A stretch of 64,000 nt of DNA from assembly GCA_016432425.1 (NCBI GenBank), contig CP066688.1, forward strand, positions 148,368-212,367, given 5' to 3'. The notes beneath the pieces are model-generated. The model was not told the origin of the DNA and searched no databases. It saw nothing but the letters and a program-made list of their open reading frames with translations. This DNA comes from Candidatus Daviesbacteria bacterium. GTDB taxonomy: Bacteria > Patescibacteriota > Microgenomatia > Daviesbacterales > UBA10151. The position numbers and the translations under genes were made by a program. Shown in pieces: positions 48,695-58,347 of the stretch; the stretch's first letter is position 1, and each line of letters begins with the position of its first letter.

Positions 48695-50710
48695 TTATGA
48701 TTTTAAAAATGGTACTAACAATAATGCCACAATATTAACTACCTTTATCATAGGGTTAATAGCTGGGCCGGCGGTATCTTTATAGGGGTCTCCCACTGTA
48801 TCCCCTGTGACTGCTGCTTTGTGAGCCTCCGAACCCTTTCCCCCAAATTTTCCGCTTTCAATATATTTCTTGGCATTATCCCAAGCTGCTCCACCAGTAG
48901 TCATAGAGATCGCTACAAAAAGACCCGTCACAATACTTCCTACTAACATTCCTCCCAAAGTAACTGGTCCTAGTACCAACCCTACAATTACCGGAGCCAG
49001 TACTGGAATCAAAGCCGGTACTAACATCTCTTTTTGCGCTTCTTTGGTAACAATGGAAACTGCTGCGCCGTAGTCCGGTTTGGCTGTTCCTTCCATAATT
49101 CCTTTAATAGTCTTAAATTGGCGACGCACTTCTTCCACCACTGCCCCACCGGCTCGCCCCACTGCCTCCATGGCATATGAGGCAAAAAGATATGGCAGTG
49201 CTCCTCCAATAAAAAGTCCTACCAACACATTAGGATCAGACAGAGAAAAACTTAAGCTATTACCAAATTCCTGTGCGTAAGAGGCAAACAAAACCATGGC
49301 TGCCAGTCCGGCTGAAGCAATGGCATAACCTTTAGTCACGGCTTTGGTAGTATTCCCTACCGCATCCAAAGGATCAGTCACGTTGCGTACTTTTTCCGGT
49401 AAATTAGCCATCTCGGCAATTCCCCCGGCATTATCAGTAATGGGACCAAAAGCATCAATTGCCACCACTATCCCGGCCAAAGACAACATCGCCACAGCTG
49501 CCACGGCAATTCCGTACAGACCGGCCAGAGAAAAGCTTAGCAGTACTGCTGCAGAAATTAGCAGCACCGGGAAAAAGGTAGACTTCATAGAAACTGCCAA
49601 ACCGGCAATCAAATTGGTGGCATGTCCTGTTCTGGAAGCAGAGGCAATATGCTGGACAGGTGAATACTGTGTCCCGGTATAATATTCAGTTAAATAAACC
49701 ATACCCGCTGTCACCAAAATTCCCACTATGGCACTTAAATATAAATTCATGACAGTAAAGCTGGCATTTGCCCCCATTAAATAATTTGTTAGAGGATAAA
49801 ACAGGATCACACACAAAACCGTAGTGGAAATTAAACCTTTATATAAGGCTCCCATAATATTTTTGGAAGAACTGGAATTACTACTAAGTCTGACAAAAAA
49901 GCTCCCCGCCACTGAGGCAAAAATCGCTGAAGCCATTAAGCTTAAAGGGTAAAGATAGGCATTTCCAAAATTTGGCAGCAGCAGATTTCCTAAGATAATG
50001 GCGGCCACGGCTGTGATCACATAAGTTTCAAAAATATCAGCCGCCATCCCGGCATCATCTCCCACATTATCCCCCACATTATCAGCAATAACAGCCGGAT
50101 TGCGGGGGTCATCTTCCGGAATTCCAGCCTCCACTTTACCCACTAAATCTGCGCCCACATCTGCTCCCTTGGTATAAATTCCTCCGCCTAAACGGGCAAA
50201 AACAGAGATCAGCGATCCTCCAAAACCCAAACCAATTAGCCCTTTAATATCGCCGCCCGTATATTGATAAAACCCATAGACTGCTCCCAAAGCCAAACCT
50301 ACCACCAAAAATCCGGTCACTGCTCCTCCCTTATAAGCTAAGGTAAAGGCCTGAGACAATCCATGTTTGGCTGCCTCAGCTACCCTGACATTACTGCGCA
50401 CTGCCACACTCATGCCGATAAAACCAGCCAAAGCTGACAAAACTGCCCCAATAAAAAATCCCAATGCTGTGTTAAGTCCCAAAAACTGGTAGATTAAAGC
50501 AATCAATATCAAAGCCACTACTGCCACCACAGAGTATTGTCTCTTCAGATAAGCATTAGCGCCCTCTTGGATTGCCAAGGCAATTTCTTGCATTTTTTCA
50601 TCACCAGCCCCCCGGCGTAAAATTTCCGTCACCAACCAACCACCATAAATTAAAGAAAGGGCCACCGCGGCCCAAATAATTAAGTTAATATTACCCAAAA
50701 TCTCTACCAT
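48695..50710 (-). CDS. hppA: Membrane-bound H+-translocating pyrophosphatase, K+-independent type
   Basis: [35 protein letters not shown] (Lys variant), [10 protein letters not shown]. Confidence 0.95.
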   Translation of the reverse strand: MVEILGNINLIIWAAVALSLIYGGWLVTEILRRGAGDEKMQEIALAIQEGANAYLKRQYSVVAVVALILIALIYQFLGLNTALGFFIGAVLSALAGFIGMSVAVRSNVRVAEAAKHGLSQAFTLAYKGGAVTGFLVVGLALGAVYGFYQYTGGDIKGLIGLGFGGSLISVFARLGGGIYTKGADVGADLVGKVEAGIPEDDPRNPAVIADNVGDNVGDDAGMAADIFETYVITAVAAIILGNLLLPNFGNAYLYPLSLMASAIFASVAGSFFVRLSSNSSSSKNIMGALYKGLISTTVLCVILFYPLTNYLMGANASFTVMNLYLSAIVGILVTAGMVYLTEYYTGTQYSPVQHIASASRTGHATNLIAGLAVSMKSTFFPVLLISAAVLLSFSLAGLYGIAVAAVAMLSLAGIVVAIDAFGPITDNAGGIAEMANLPEKVRNVTDPLDAVGNTTKAVTKGYAIASAGLAAMVLFASYAQEFGNSLSFSLSDPNVLVGLFIGGALPYLFASYAMEAVGRAGGAVVEEVRRQFKTIKGIMEGTAKPDYGAAVSIVTKEAQKEMLVPALIPVLAPVIVGLVLGPVTLGGMLVGSIVTGLFVAISMTTGGAAWDNAKKYIESGKFGGKGSEAHKAAVTGDTVGDPYKDTAGPAINPMIKVVNIVALLLVPFLKS

Positions 50711-50783
50711 CACCTTGGAATTTACACTAATAAGTAGTTATCGTCAAGATACAACTATGGAAACTAATTGTGTCAAGGGGAAG

Positions 50784-53210
50784 TTAGGCCAAAGCCGGAG
50801 CCGGGCCCAATGGTATACTCTTGCGGGCGGCTGATTGAGGAGGACGGGTTAGCGCCACTTTGATCGCTTCATCAATGTGTTTAACGAACACAAATTTAAT
50901 ATCTTTAAAAATGTAGTTTGGGATATCTTCTAAATCTTTGCGATTATCTTCTGGAGCAATAATTATTTTTACTCCCGCCCGGTGAGACGCAATTACTTTT
51001 TCTTTTAAGCCTCCAATTTCTAAAATGCGGCCCCTTAAGGTAATTTCTCCGGTCATGGCCACATCTTTTTTGACAGGAACTCTAGTAAAAGCCGAGATAA
51101 TGGCCAAAGTCAACGCTCCTCCAGCTGAAGGCCCGTCTTTAGGCTGAGCCCCTTCGGGAACATGGATATGAACATCAACTTTGTGGAAAAACTTTTCCGG
51201 CAGCCCTAGCTCTCTCCAATGGGAACGGACATAGCTCATAGCGGCGTGGGCACTTTCTTTCATTACTTCACCTAGCTGCCCGGTTAGCTGAACCGAGCCT
51301 TTACCCGGCATTAAATTAACTTCAATAAACATGATCGACCCTCCCACTTCACTCCAGGCCATGGCAGTTGAGACTCCCACTGTATCTTCAATTTCTGCCA
51401 GCTCCGGCAAGAATTTAACCGGTCCCAAGTATTCATTGAGATCTCGCTGTGTTATTTTAAAACTTTTATTTTTATTGCCCTCGGCAATTTTGCGGGCAAT
51501 TTTTCTCATCACTCCGGAAATTTCTCTCTCTAAATTGCGGACTCCAGCCTCTCTGGTATATTGCTGGATAATGGCATTAACCGCCTCTGCAGTAAAGTTA
51601 GTTTCAGTTTTACCCAAACCATTAGCCCCAATTTGTTTGGGGATTAAAAAGTTTTTGGCAATATGGAATTTTTCATCCTGGGTATAGCCGGCATAACGAA
51701 TCACCTCTAGCCGATCTCTAAGAGCCGGAGGAATGGTATCTAAAATATTGGCGGTGGTAATAAACATAACGTTCGATAAATCATAAGGTACTTCTAAATA
51801 ATGGTCGGAAAAAGCATTGTTTTGTTCCGGATCCAAAGCCTCCAGCAGGGCAGCCGAAGGGTCACCGCGGTAATCAGCACCAATTTTGTCAATCTCATCC
51901 AGCATAAAAACCGGATTGACAGCCCCGGCCTGTTTAATAGCCTGGATAATACGTCCGGGCATTGACCCGACATAAGTCCTTCTGTGTCCCCGAATTTCTG
52001 CCTCATCACGAATTCCTCCCAAAGAAACTTTGACAAATTTTCGCCCCAAGGCTTTGGCAATAGATTTACCAATGGAGGTTTTACCGGTGCCAGGAGGACC
52101 CACAAAACATAAAATTGGGCCGTGTACCTTACCGGAAAGTTTATGAACTGCCAAATATTCAATAATTCTTTCTTTAACCTTTTTTAAACCATAATGATCA
52201 GCATCCAAAATCTGTTGAGCATTCTTCAGGTCAATTCTTTTGCCCTTACTTAATCTCCAAGGTAAATCAGTTAACCATTCAAGATAATTTCTAATATAAC
52301 CGGCCTCGGGGTTATAAGAACTCATCTTGGCTAGGCGATTTAACTCTTTGTGGGCTTTGTTTAAAACTTCTTTGGGCATACCGGCCTTTTTAATTTTAAG
52401 TTCCAACTCTTTAATCTCTACATTCTCGCCATTTTCCCCCAGTTCTTCTTCAATGCTGCGCATTTGCTCACGCAAAATAGCTTCTTTAGTCATCCGAGAA
52501 ACTCTCTCTTGAGTTTGAGAGGAAATTTTTTGTTGAATTTCTAAGATGCGAATCTCTTTTGAGAGCAGATCAGAAATACGCTGTAAGCGCTCTTGGGCTG
52601 ACACCATCTCCAAAATTTGTTGCTTATCAATAGTTTTAAAATCTATAGCTTGAGCAATGGAGTTCACCAACTGGTTGGGATCATCACTGTAGGTAAAAAG
52701 ACTCCAATTTACCAAACTACCTTGATCAAAAAAGGGATTGCCACCTAGTTCCAGATATCTTTTGAGTTGATCCCGAACAGCCCTAATGAGAGCTTCTGTT
52801 TGTTCGCTTTTTTCATATAGTTCCGGGATTTCTTCAATTTCTGCTTCCAAATACGGTTCTGTTCGGACAAAATTTTTGACAAAAACCCGAGCCAAACCTT
52901 CTGCCTGGAGGGTATATTCCCCTTCGGTATTAATGACGGCCCGACGGATCAGGCAAACTGTCCCCACTTTATATAAATCTTTTTCAGCCGGATCTTCAAT
53001 CTTGGGATTTTTTTGGGTCACAAAAAGAACTAATTTATCGCTATTCCAAGCTAAATCCAAAGCAGCTTTGGATTTAGAACGACCGGAAATAATGGGTACG
53101 GAATTACCCGGGAAAATTACCGTATCCCGCAGCGGCCCCACAGGAATGGTAGGTTTTAGTTTAATAGGCTCTTGTAGAATATTTTTTGAATTTCCTGGTA
53201 CAAAATTCAT
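50784..53210 (-). CDS. lon: ATP-dependent Lon protease
   Basis: GPPGTGKTS, HRRTYVG, PKDGPSAG, IGGLKEK. Confidence 0.98.
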   Translation of the reverse strand: MNFVPGNSKNILQEPIKLKPTIPVGPLRDTVIFPGNSVPIISGRSKSKAALDLAWNSDKLVLFVTQKNPKIEDPAEKDLYKVGTVCLIRRAVINTEGEYTLQAEGLARVFVKNFVRTEPYLEAEIEEIPELYEKSEQTEALIRAVRDQLKRYLELGGNPFFDQGSLVNWSLFTYSDDPNQLVNSIAQAIDFKTIDKQQILEMVSAQERLQRISDLLSKEIRILEIQQKISSQTQERVSRMTKEAILREQMRSIEEELGENGENVEIKELELKIKKAGMPKEVLNKAHKELNRLAKMSSYNPEAGYIRNYLEWLTDLPWRLSKGKRIDLKNAQQILDADHYGLKKVKERIIEYLAVHKLSGKVHGPILCFVGPPGTGKTSIGKSIAKALGRKFVKVSLGGIRDEAEIRGHRRTYVGSMPGRIIQAIKQAGAVNPVFMLDEIDKIGADYRGDPSAALLEALDPEQNNAFSDHYLEVPYDLSNVMFITTANILDTIPPALRDRLEVIRYAGYTQDEKFHIAKNFLIPKQIGANGLGKTETNFTAEAVNAIIQQYTREAGVRNLEREISGVMRKIARKIAEGNKNKSFKITQRDLNEYLGPVKFLPELAEIEDTVGVSTAMAWSEVGGSIMFIEVNLMPGKGSVQLTGQLGEVMKESAHAAMSYVRSHWRELGLPEKFFHKVDVHIHVPEGAQPKDGPSAGGALTLAIISAFTRVPVKKDVAMTGEITLRGRILEIGGLKEKVIASHRAGVKIIIAPEDNRKDLEDIPNYIFKDIKFVFVKHIDEAIKVALTRPPQSAARKSIPLGPAPALA

Positions 53211-53271
53211 AGCTCACTTCGCTCCCTGATTCTTTCAAAAATAAAACATTAGCAGTTTAGCTTAGAGACTG

Positions 53272-53802
53272 CTAAAAGTCAATACCTTTCTTTGCTATAA
53301 GCCCTTTCTTAAAGGGGTGTCTAACCTCTCTCATCTCTGTCACCAAATCAGCCTTTTTAATAAGCTGCATGGGCGCCTGGTGACCGGTTAATACTAAATC
53401 CAATTGTTGGGGTTTTTGATCAATAAGTTGTAACAGTTGAGTAAGAGGTAAAATTTTACTGGCTACTGCCCCCACAATCTCATCAGCTACTATAATATCC
53501 CATTTCCCTGACATTATTTCCTTAGATAATAGAGTGTAAGTTTCTTGGGCTGCTTTTTTATGAATTGAAAGAGGAACTTTGCTACCCAAAATATCTAAAA
53601 AACCTTTTCCTCCTTGAATGATTTTTACTCCCGGTCCCAATTTTTTAATTCCCACCAGCTCTCCCGTAAACCAAGCTTTACCAAATTGAACTATTAAACA
53701 TTTTTTCTTATAACCCACCGCCCGCAGCACCAAACCGAGCGCGGCCGTAGTTTTCCCCTTCCCCTCACCTGTATAAATAATAACCAGCCCCTTTTCTTCC
53801 AT
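53272..53802 (-). CDS. cobO: Corrinoid adenosyltransferase (CobO/BtuR type)
   Basis: YTGEGKGKTTAALG, DEI, LVLTG, ADLVTEM, KKGIDF. Confidence 0.9.
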   Translation of the reverse strand: MEEKGLVIIYTGEGKGKTTAALGLVLRAVGYKKKCLIVQFGKAWFTGELVGIKKLGPGVKIIQGGKGFLDILGSKVPLSIHKKAAQETYTLLSKEIMSGKWDIIVADEIVGAVASKILPLTQLLQLIDQKPQQLDLVLTGHQAPMQLIKKADLVTEMREVRHPFKKGLIAKKGIDF

Positions 53803-53836
53803 GAACCCATTCTACCAAACCCTTCTCAATTTATAT

Positions 53837-53877
53837 TTCCACATCGGGAGTGGAATTATATTGACACATCGGTAAAA
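53837..53877 (+). repeat. REP-like doublet at the left flank of the RAYT gene
   Basis: cacatcgggagtg (53840-53852), 12-nt spacer, partial core cacatcgg (53865-53872). Confidence 0.85.
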
Positions 53878-53889
53878 TTGAGATACACT
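53861..53889 (+). promoter_or_regulatory. Sigma70 promoter of the RAYT gene, overlapping the repeat
   Basis: TTGACA-17 nt-TACACT; ATG 9 nt downstream. Confidence 0.7.
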
Positions 53890-53898
53890 CAGCTGTAA

Positions 53899-54543
53899 AT
53901 GCCAGCAAGAACTACTCCTCTGGTAAATGAACAAATTTATCATATATATAATCGGGGTACAGAGAAAAGAAGAATCTTTGATAATAAAAGGTGTTATTCA
54001 AGATTCATACAGACTATTAGATATTATCAGCTAGAAGGCCCTAAACCTAAGTTTTCTAACTTTATTAAACAGAAGTTATTTAATCCTGATCCCGAGAAGA
54101 AGATAGTTGAAATAATCTGTTATTGTTTAATGCCAAATCACTTTCACTTATTGGTTAAACAATTAAAAGATGGGGGAATTAGTGAATTTATGAGAAAACT
54201 AAGTGATAGCTATACTAAATACTACAATATTAAATTTGAAAGAGTAGGAGCTTTATTACAAGGTCCATTTAAAGCAGTTTTAATAGAAACTGATGAACAG
54301 CTCACACATGTGTCCCGCTACATTCATTTAAATCCACTAGTGTCTTTTTTGGTAAAGGATTTAGCTCAATACGAATGGTCATCTTATGAAGAATACATTA
54401 ATAATAAATCAATTGGTATTTGTGTTAAAGAAAATGTGTTAGGTTTTTTCAAATCACCAGAGGATTATAAACAATTTGTCCTAGACCAAGCAGGTTATGG
54501 TCAACAACTAGAATTAATCAAACACCAATTAGTAGATGAATAA
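53899..54543 (+). CDS. rayT: REP-associated tyrosine transposase (RAYT; Y1 HUH, IS200/IS605 superfamily)
   Basis: YHIYNRG, YCLMPNHFHLL (HUH), GALLQGPFK, RYIHLNP (catalytic Tyr), YEWSSY; no adjacent tnpB; flanked by palindromic repeats. Confidence 0.9.
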   Translation: MPARTTPLVNEQIYHIYNRGTEKRRIFDNKRCYSRFIQTIRYYQLEGPKPKFSNFIKQKLFNPDPEKKIVEIICYCLMPNHFHLLVKQLKDGGISEFMRKLSDSYTKYYNIKFERVGALLQGPFKAVLIETDEQLTHVSRYIHLNPLVSFLVKDLAQYEWSSYEEYINNKSIGICVKENVLGFFKSPEDYKQFVLDQAGYGQQLELIKHQLVDE

Positions 54544-54550
54544 TTTTGAG

Positions 54551-54570
54551 CCTACACATCGGGAGTGGAA
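54551..54570 (+). repeat. REP-like unit at the right flank of the RAYT gene
   Basis: cctacacatcgggagtggaa; core 54555-54567 identical to the left-flank core. Confidence 0.88.
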
Positions 54571-54612
54571 AGCTAATTGGATACCCCTTGCAACTACTTG
54601 TATAATCAAATC

Positions 54613-54834
54613 ATGAATGATATAGCTTATACATTAAATCCTCAGCTTATTGATGTAAAAATTAATAAGGATCTGCAAGATAATCAGCTTTTAAGTCTCT
54701 ATGAAGTTAATAAGATTTGTAGAAAAGTTATTACCAGCCAAGATATTTTTAATAAAGAGTTAAATTTACAAGAAAAATATAAAGGTTATATTGCTAATTT
54801 CATCTTTGAGGAAGTCAAAAAACTTAACACTTAG
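54613..54834 (+). CDS. Hypothetical 73-aa protein (start probably ATG 54613)
   Basis: TATAAT at 54601-54606, 6 nt before ATG; AT-rich. Confidence 0.5.
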   Translation: MNDIAYTLNPQLIDVKINKDLQDNQLLSLYEVNKICRKVITSQDIFNKELNLQEKYKGYIANFIFEEVKKLNT

Positions 54835-57511
54835 AATATCCGCAGGAGAGGCATTTTTGGCAACCTTCCATAAAGACAAAACTGGCTGTACCACACTCCG
54901 GACAAAAATCTGCTGTATCCGAGGTTGACAGGGGGAGGCTAGGAGTGATACTACTTTCATCGACAGTCAAATTTAGTGGCACTATCTCCCCAGCTTCAGA
55001 GTGGTCATTAAGAGATAAATCTTCACTGAGCGCTTTGGCAATAGCATCAGCCAAACTCATCACCCGGTCTTTACCAAATCCAATTTGAGAGGCACCCCCA
55101 ATCCCCTTAAGCTGCGAGACAATCTTTTTGGCCACCTCTTGTGAGTGAGGACGGGAAATCCGCAGAGAGAGGGAAATTAACCGGCCAATTGCTTCTGCAT
55201 CAGCACCGGTATGCATACCCGCTTTACCAATGGTCACAAATACCTCAAATGGATTATCACTATTGTCACGGTTAATCGTAATAAACGCTTCCCCCACCGG
55301 AGTATTAATTTTGTAGGTCCGACCCCGCAAAATTACTGGCCGCTGGCCCAAAGTATCACTAGTTGTGGCAGATGGGACCACATCAGGACTGCCCAATACC
55401 TTTTCCTCGCCTACCTTAAAGTTGGTTCCTCCCGCCAGCTGGTCATAATAAGAGTTATCTTTTTTAACCTCCAACACCTGTTTTTCCCGGGAACCATCAC
55501 GGTAAATGGTAATCCCTTTGCAACCCAGCTCATAAACCATCATATAGGCCCGTCTGACATCTTCTACTGTAGCGCCGTGCGGGAAATTGATTGTTTTGGA
55601 AATAGCATTGTCTACATGGGCTTGAAAAGCGGCTTGGATTCTAACATGATCTTCAGGAGCAATATCGTGAGTAACCACAAATACTTTTTGCCATTTTTCG
55701 GGAACTTCCGAGAGTCTCTGGACTGACCCATGATTTTGCTCAATTTTTTCCAGTAGCTTCTCTGAGTAGAAACCTTCATCTTGGGCTACCTTTAAAAAAT
55801 AGGGGTTGGTATTAAAAAGCCTTTTCCCTTCAATAGTATTTTTGGCATAGGATAAACCAAAAATAGGCTCAATTCCAGAGGAAGCATCAGCCAGCATCGA
55901 GATAGTACCGGTAGGAGCAATGGTAGTCACGGCTGCATTCCTAATTTTAAGTTCTTCTCCTAAAAAGTAGGAACTTTGGGGATCAAAAATTGACCCTGCC
56001 CAAGCCGGAAAAACACCACGAATTTTAGCCAACTCCACGCTCGCTTCTTTAGAGGCTTTTTGGATACACTCCATAACATCTTCAGCAATTTGGCGCCCCT
56101 CCGGGGTGTTATACCCAATCCCCAGTTGATAAAGTAAGTCAGCAAAACCCATGATACCAAGTCCCACCCTTCTAATTTTCCTGGTCATCTCAAAAATTTC
56201 TGGAATCGGGTAATTGTTCATATCTAAGACATTATCCAAAAAATGCACTGCTTGTTTGGTTACTTCTGTCATTTGCGGATAGTCAATTACCCCATCTTTA
56301 ACAAACTTACCTACATTAATTGATCCCAAAGTACAAGCATCATAAGACAGTAACGGTTGCTCGCCACAGGGGTTTGTGGCTTCAATTTGGCCTAAATTAG
56401 GAGTGGGATTAGCTCCGGAAGCATTAATCCGGTCAATCATAATCATCCCCGGGTCACCATAATGCCAAGCCAGCTGGGTAATAAGCAAAAACACTTTTTT
56501 GGCATTGAGTCGATCAGTCACCTGGTCATTGCGGGGGTTAATCAGTTCATAACCTTCCCCTTTTTCTTTTGCCCGTACCAAGTCATAAAGTTTAGCCACT
56601 CCATCTTCTACCTTTTTTAGTTTCAAATCCACATCCCGGATCGCTTGAGCCAGTTTGATCTCTTCAATAATTTCTTCCCAGTTAGGCTCTGCTGTCACAA
56701 ATTTACTGTCTTTTTCTACCTGCCTCATCCACTCTTCAGTGACGGTAACGGAAATATTAAAATTAGTGAGAGAAAATTCATCCACCTTCATGACGGCAAA
56801 GCGGAGGATATCCGGATGGGTAATATGCATGATCCCCATGTTGGCGCCACGTCTGACTCCACCCTGTTTAACTTGGGAAGTAACGTCATTGTAGGCTTGG
56901 AGAAATGAGGTGGGCCCCACCGTACTGCCGCCGGAAGAGCGGATCACATCTCCATAAGGGCGCAGCCGGGAGAAAGAAAAACCTGTTCCCCCCCCAGATT
57001 TGTGGATCATCACCATATCAACTAAAGTTTTGGCGATTGAATGCATATCATCTTCCACCGGCAGAACAAAACAAGCTGACAACTGCTGCATCGGTCGGCC
57101 GGCATTTAACATGGTGGGAGTATTGGGAATAAACTTTTGGGAAACCATCAGGGCATAAAACTCCTTGGCAACTTTGAGCATATTATCTTTATCAGGATCA
57201 AATAATAAATTTGCCGCGGCAATATTGTAGGCCACCCGCCAAAACATTTCTTTAGCGCTCTCAACGGGTTTACCATCTTCATCCCGGCGGGCATAACGGG
57301 TTTTGCCAATATATAAAGCATTTTCGGATAGGTTTGGTTGCGGTAAATCCAGCGGAGGAGGGGGGATCGTCCGGCCAATTTCCCAAACTTGCTCTATCTT
57401 GTAGTGCAACTTACCGCTAATATGGACCCCGTTACTTTTTCTTTTCTTGGGGGTCGGGGCGGAAACTACTTGAAGCACCGCGGCTGATTTGAGGGAAGTT
57501 TTCTTTTTCAT
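54824..57511 (-). CDS. nrdJ: Class II (adenosylcobalamin-dependent) ribonucleotide reductase
   Basis: PNTPTMLNAG, LSACFV, RRGANM, TNPCGEQ, APTGTIS, YRDGSR, C-terminal TSCPD-like domain and CPECG...CQKCLSCGYSKC; GGAGG before ATG 57511. Confidence 0.93.
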   Translation of the reverse strand: MKKKTSLKSAAVLQVVSAPTPKKRKSNGVHISGKLHYKIEQVWEIGRTIPPPPLDLPQPNLSENALYIGKTRYARRDEDGKPVESAKEMFWRVAYNIAAANLLFDPDKDNMLKVAKEFYALMVSQKFIPNTPTMLNAGRPMQQLSACFVLPVEDDMHSIAKTLVDMVMIHKSGGGTGFSFSRLRPYGDVIRSSGGSTVGPTSFLQAYNDVTSQVKQGGVRRGANMGIMHITHPDILRFAVMKVDEFSLTNFNISVTVTEEWMRQVEKDSKFVTAEPNWEEIIEEIKLAQAIRDVDLKLKKVEDGVAKLYDLVRAKEKGEGYELINPRNDQVTDRLNAKKVFLLITQLAWHYGDPGMIMIDRINASGANPTPNLGQIEATNPCGEQPLLSYDACTLGSINVGKFVKDGVIDYPQMTEVTKQAVHFLDNVLDMNNYPIPEIFEMTRKIRRVGLGIMGFADLLYQLGIGYNTPEGRQIAEDVMECIQKASKEASVELAKIRGVFPAWAGSIFDPQSSYFLGEELKIRNAAVTTIAPTGTISMLADASSGIEPIFGLSYAKNTIEGKRLFNTNPYFLKVAQDEGFYSEKLLEKIEQNHGSVQRLSEVPEKWQKVFVVTHDIAPEDHVRIQAAFQAHVDNAISKTINFPHGATVEDVRRAYMMVYELGCKGITIYRDGSREKQVLEVKKDNSYYDQLAGGTNFKVGEEKVLGSPDVVPSATTSDTLGQRPVILRGRTYKINTPVGEAFITINRDNSDNPFEVFVTIGKAGMHTGADAEAIGRLISLSLRISRPHSQEVAKKIVSQLKGIGGASQIGFGKDRVMSLADAIAKALSEDLSLNDHSEAGEIVPLNLTVDESSITPSLPLSTSDTADFCPECGTASFVFMEGCQKCLSCGYSKC

Positions 57512-57583
57512 AGTCCTCCAGGATTTTGTGGACATAACATATCACATCCACAACAGCCCCTGTCAATATATCAGATCTTTAAA

Positions 57584-58231
57584 TTATTTTAAGGGAGTAA
57601 TAGTAATCTTTTGCATCACATCTCCCGCTTTGATTTGATCTATCACTTCCAGCCCGGAGATCACCTTACCAAAAATAGTGTATTTAGGTTGCAGGGGAGT
57701 ATCGCGTTTTAAAATAAAAAATTGGGAACCATTAGTGTTGGGACCAGAGTTAGCCATAGCCAAAGTTCCCCGCAGGTAGGGTTTGGTAACCGGCTCATCG
57801 GCAAATTTATAACCCGGTCCCCCAGTCCCGTTTCCCAAGGGATCTCCTCCTTGAATAACCCAATCTTCCACCCGATGAAAAATCAGACCATCATAGAATC
57901 CATCTTTGGAGAGGAAAATAAAATTAGAAGCAGCTTTGCTGGCTTCAGGATAAATTTCCAGTTCAATTTGACCCTTTGAAGTTTGGATAATGGCTTTTTT
58001 ATTAGTGAGCTCCGCCGGAGAGAATTCTCCCGGAAATTGCCTATACTCCTTAACTGATTTAGCTGAGGGGGCAGGAGAGGGAGAATTTTGAAATTGTAAA
58101 TTTAAAGCAGGAGATGAAGCCGGTTGCTCCTCAGGAATAACCACCGCTCCTTTAATTTTTTGCGACACCCAATAGATAGTGGCAAATACTATCAAAGCTG
58201 CTACCATAACCATTAACCACTTGTTTTCCAT
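57584..58231 (-). CDS. Membrane-anchored cyclophilin-type PPIase
   Basis: FYDGLIFHRV, IQGGDP, AMANSGPNTNGSQFFI; N-terminal TM. Confidence 0.93.
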   Translation of the reverse strand: MENKWLMVMVAALIVFATIYWVSQKIKGAVVIPEEQPASSPALNLQFQNSPSPAPSAKSVKEYRQFPGEFSPAELTNKKAIIQTSKGQIELEIYPEASKAASNFIFLSKDGFYDGLIFHRVEDWVIQGGDPLGNGTGGPGYKFADEPVTKPYLRGTLAMANSGPNTNGSQFFILKRDTPLQPKYTIFGKVISGLEVIDQIKAGDVMQKITITPLK

Positions 58232-58347
58232 CCATCTTTATATACCATTAAAATAACCTTCAAGCAAGTATTTTTTAAAATGCCTCTTGACGGCTATTCA
58301 ATCTTTCCTCCACAATTAAATTGTGAGGTAGACGGCTCACGTTCATT

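Noticed and set aside
53899-54543. Ordinary IS200/IS605 insertion sequence
   Set aside because: No tnpB; the protein is longer and has RAYT-type NRG, HLNP and WSSY motifs; flanking repeats are dispersed without the gene.
56520-56720. Extra helical segment in NrdJ as a possible intein
   Set aside because: Only about 45 aa, with no intein terminal residues (N-terminal C/S, C-terminal HN) and no endonuclease motifs.
57560-57576. Possible NrdR box upstream of nrdJ
   Set aside because: Poor match to the consensus palindrome and no tandem second box.
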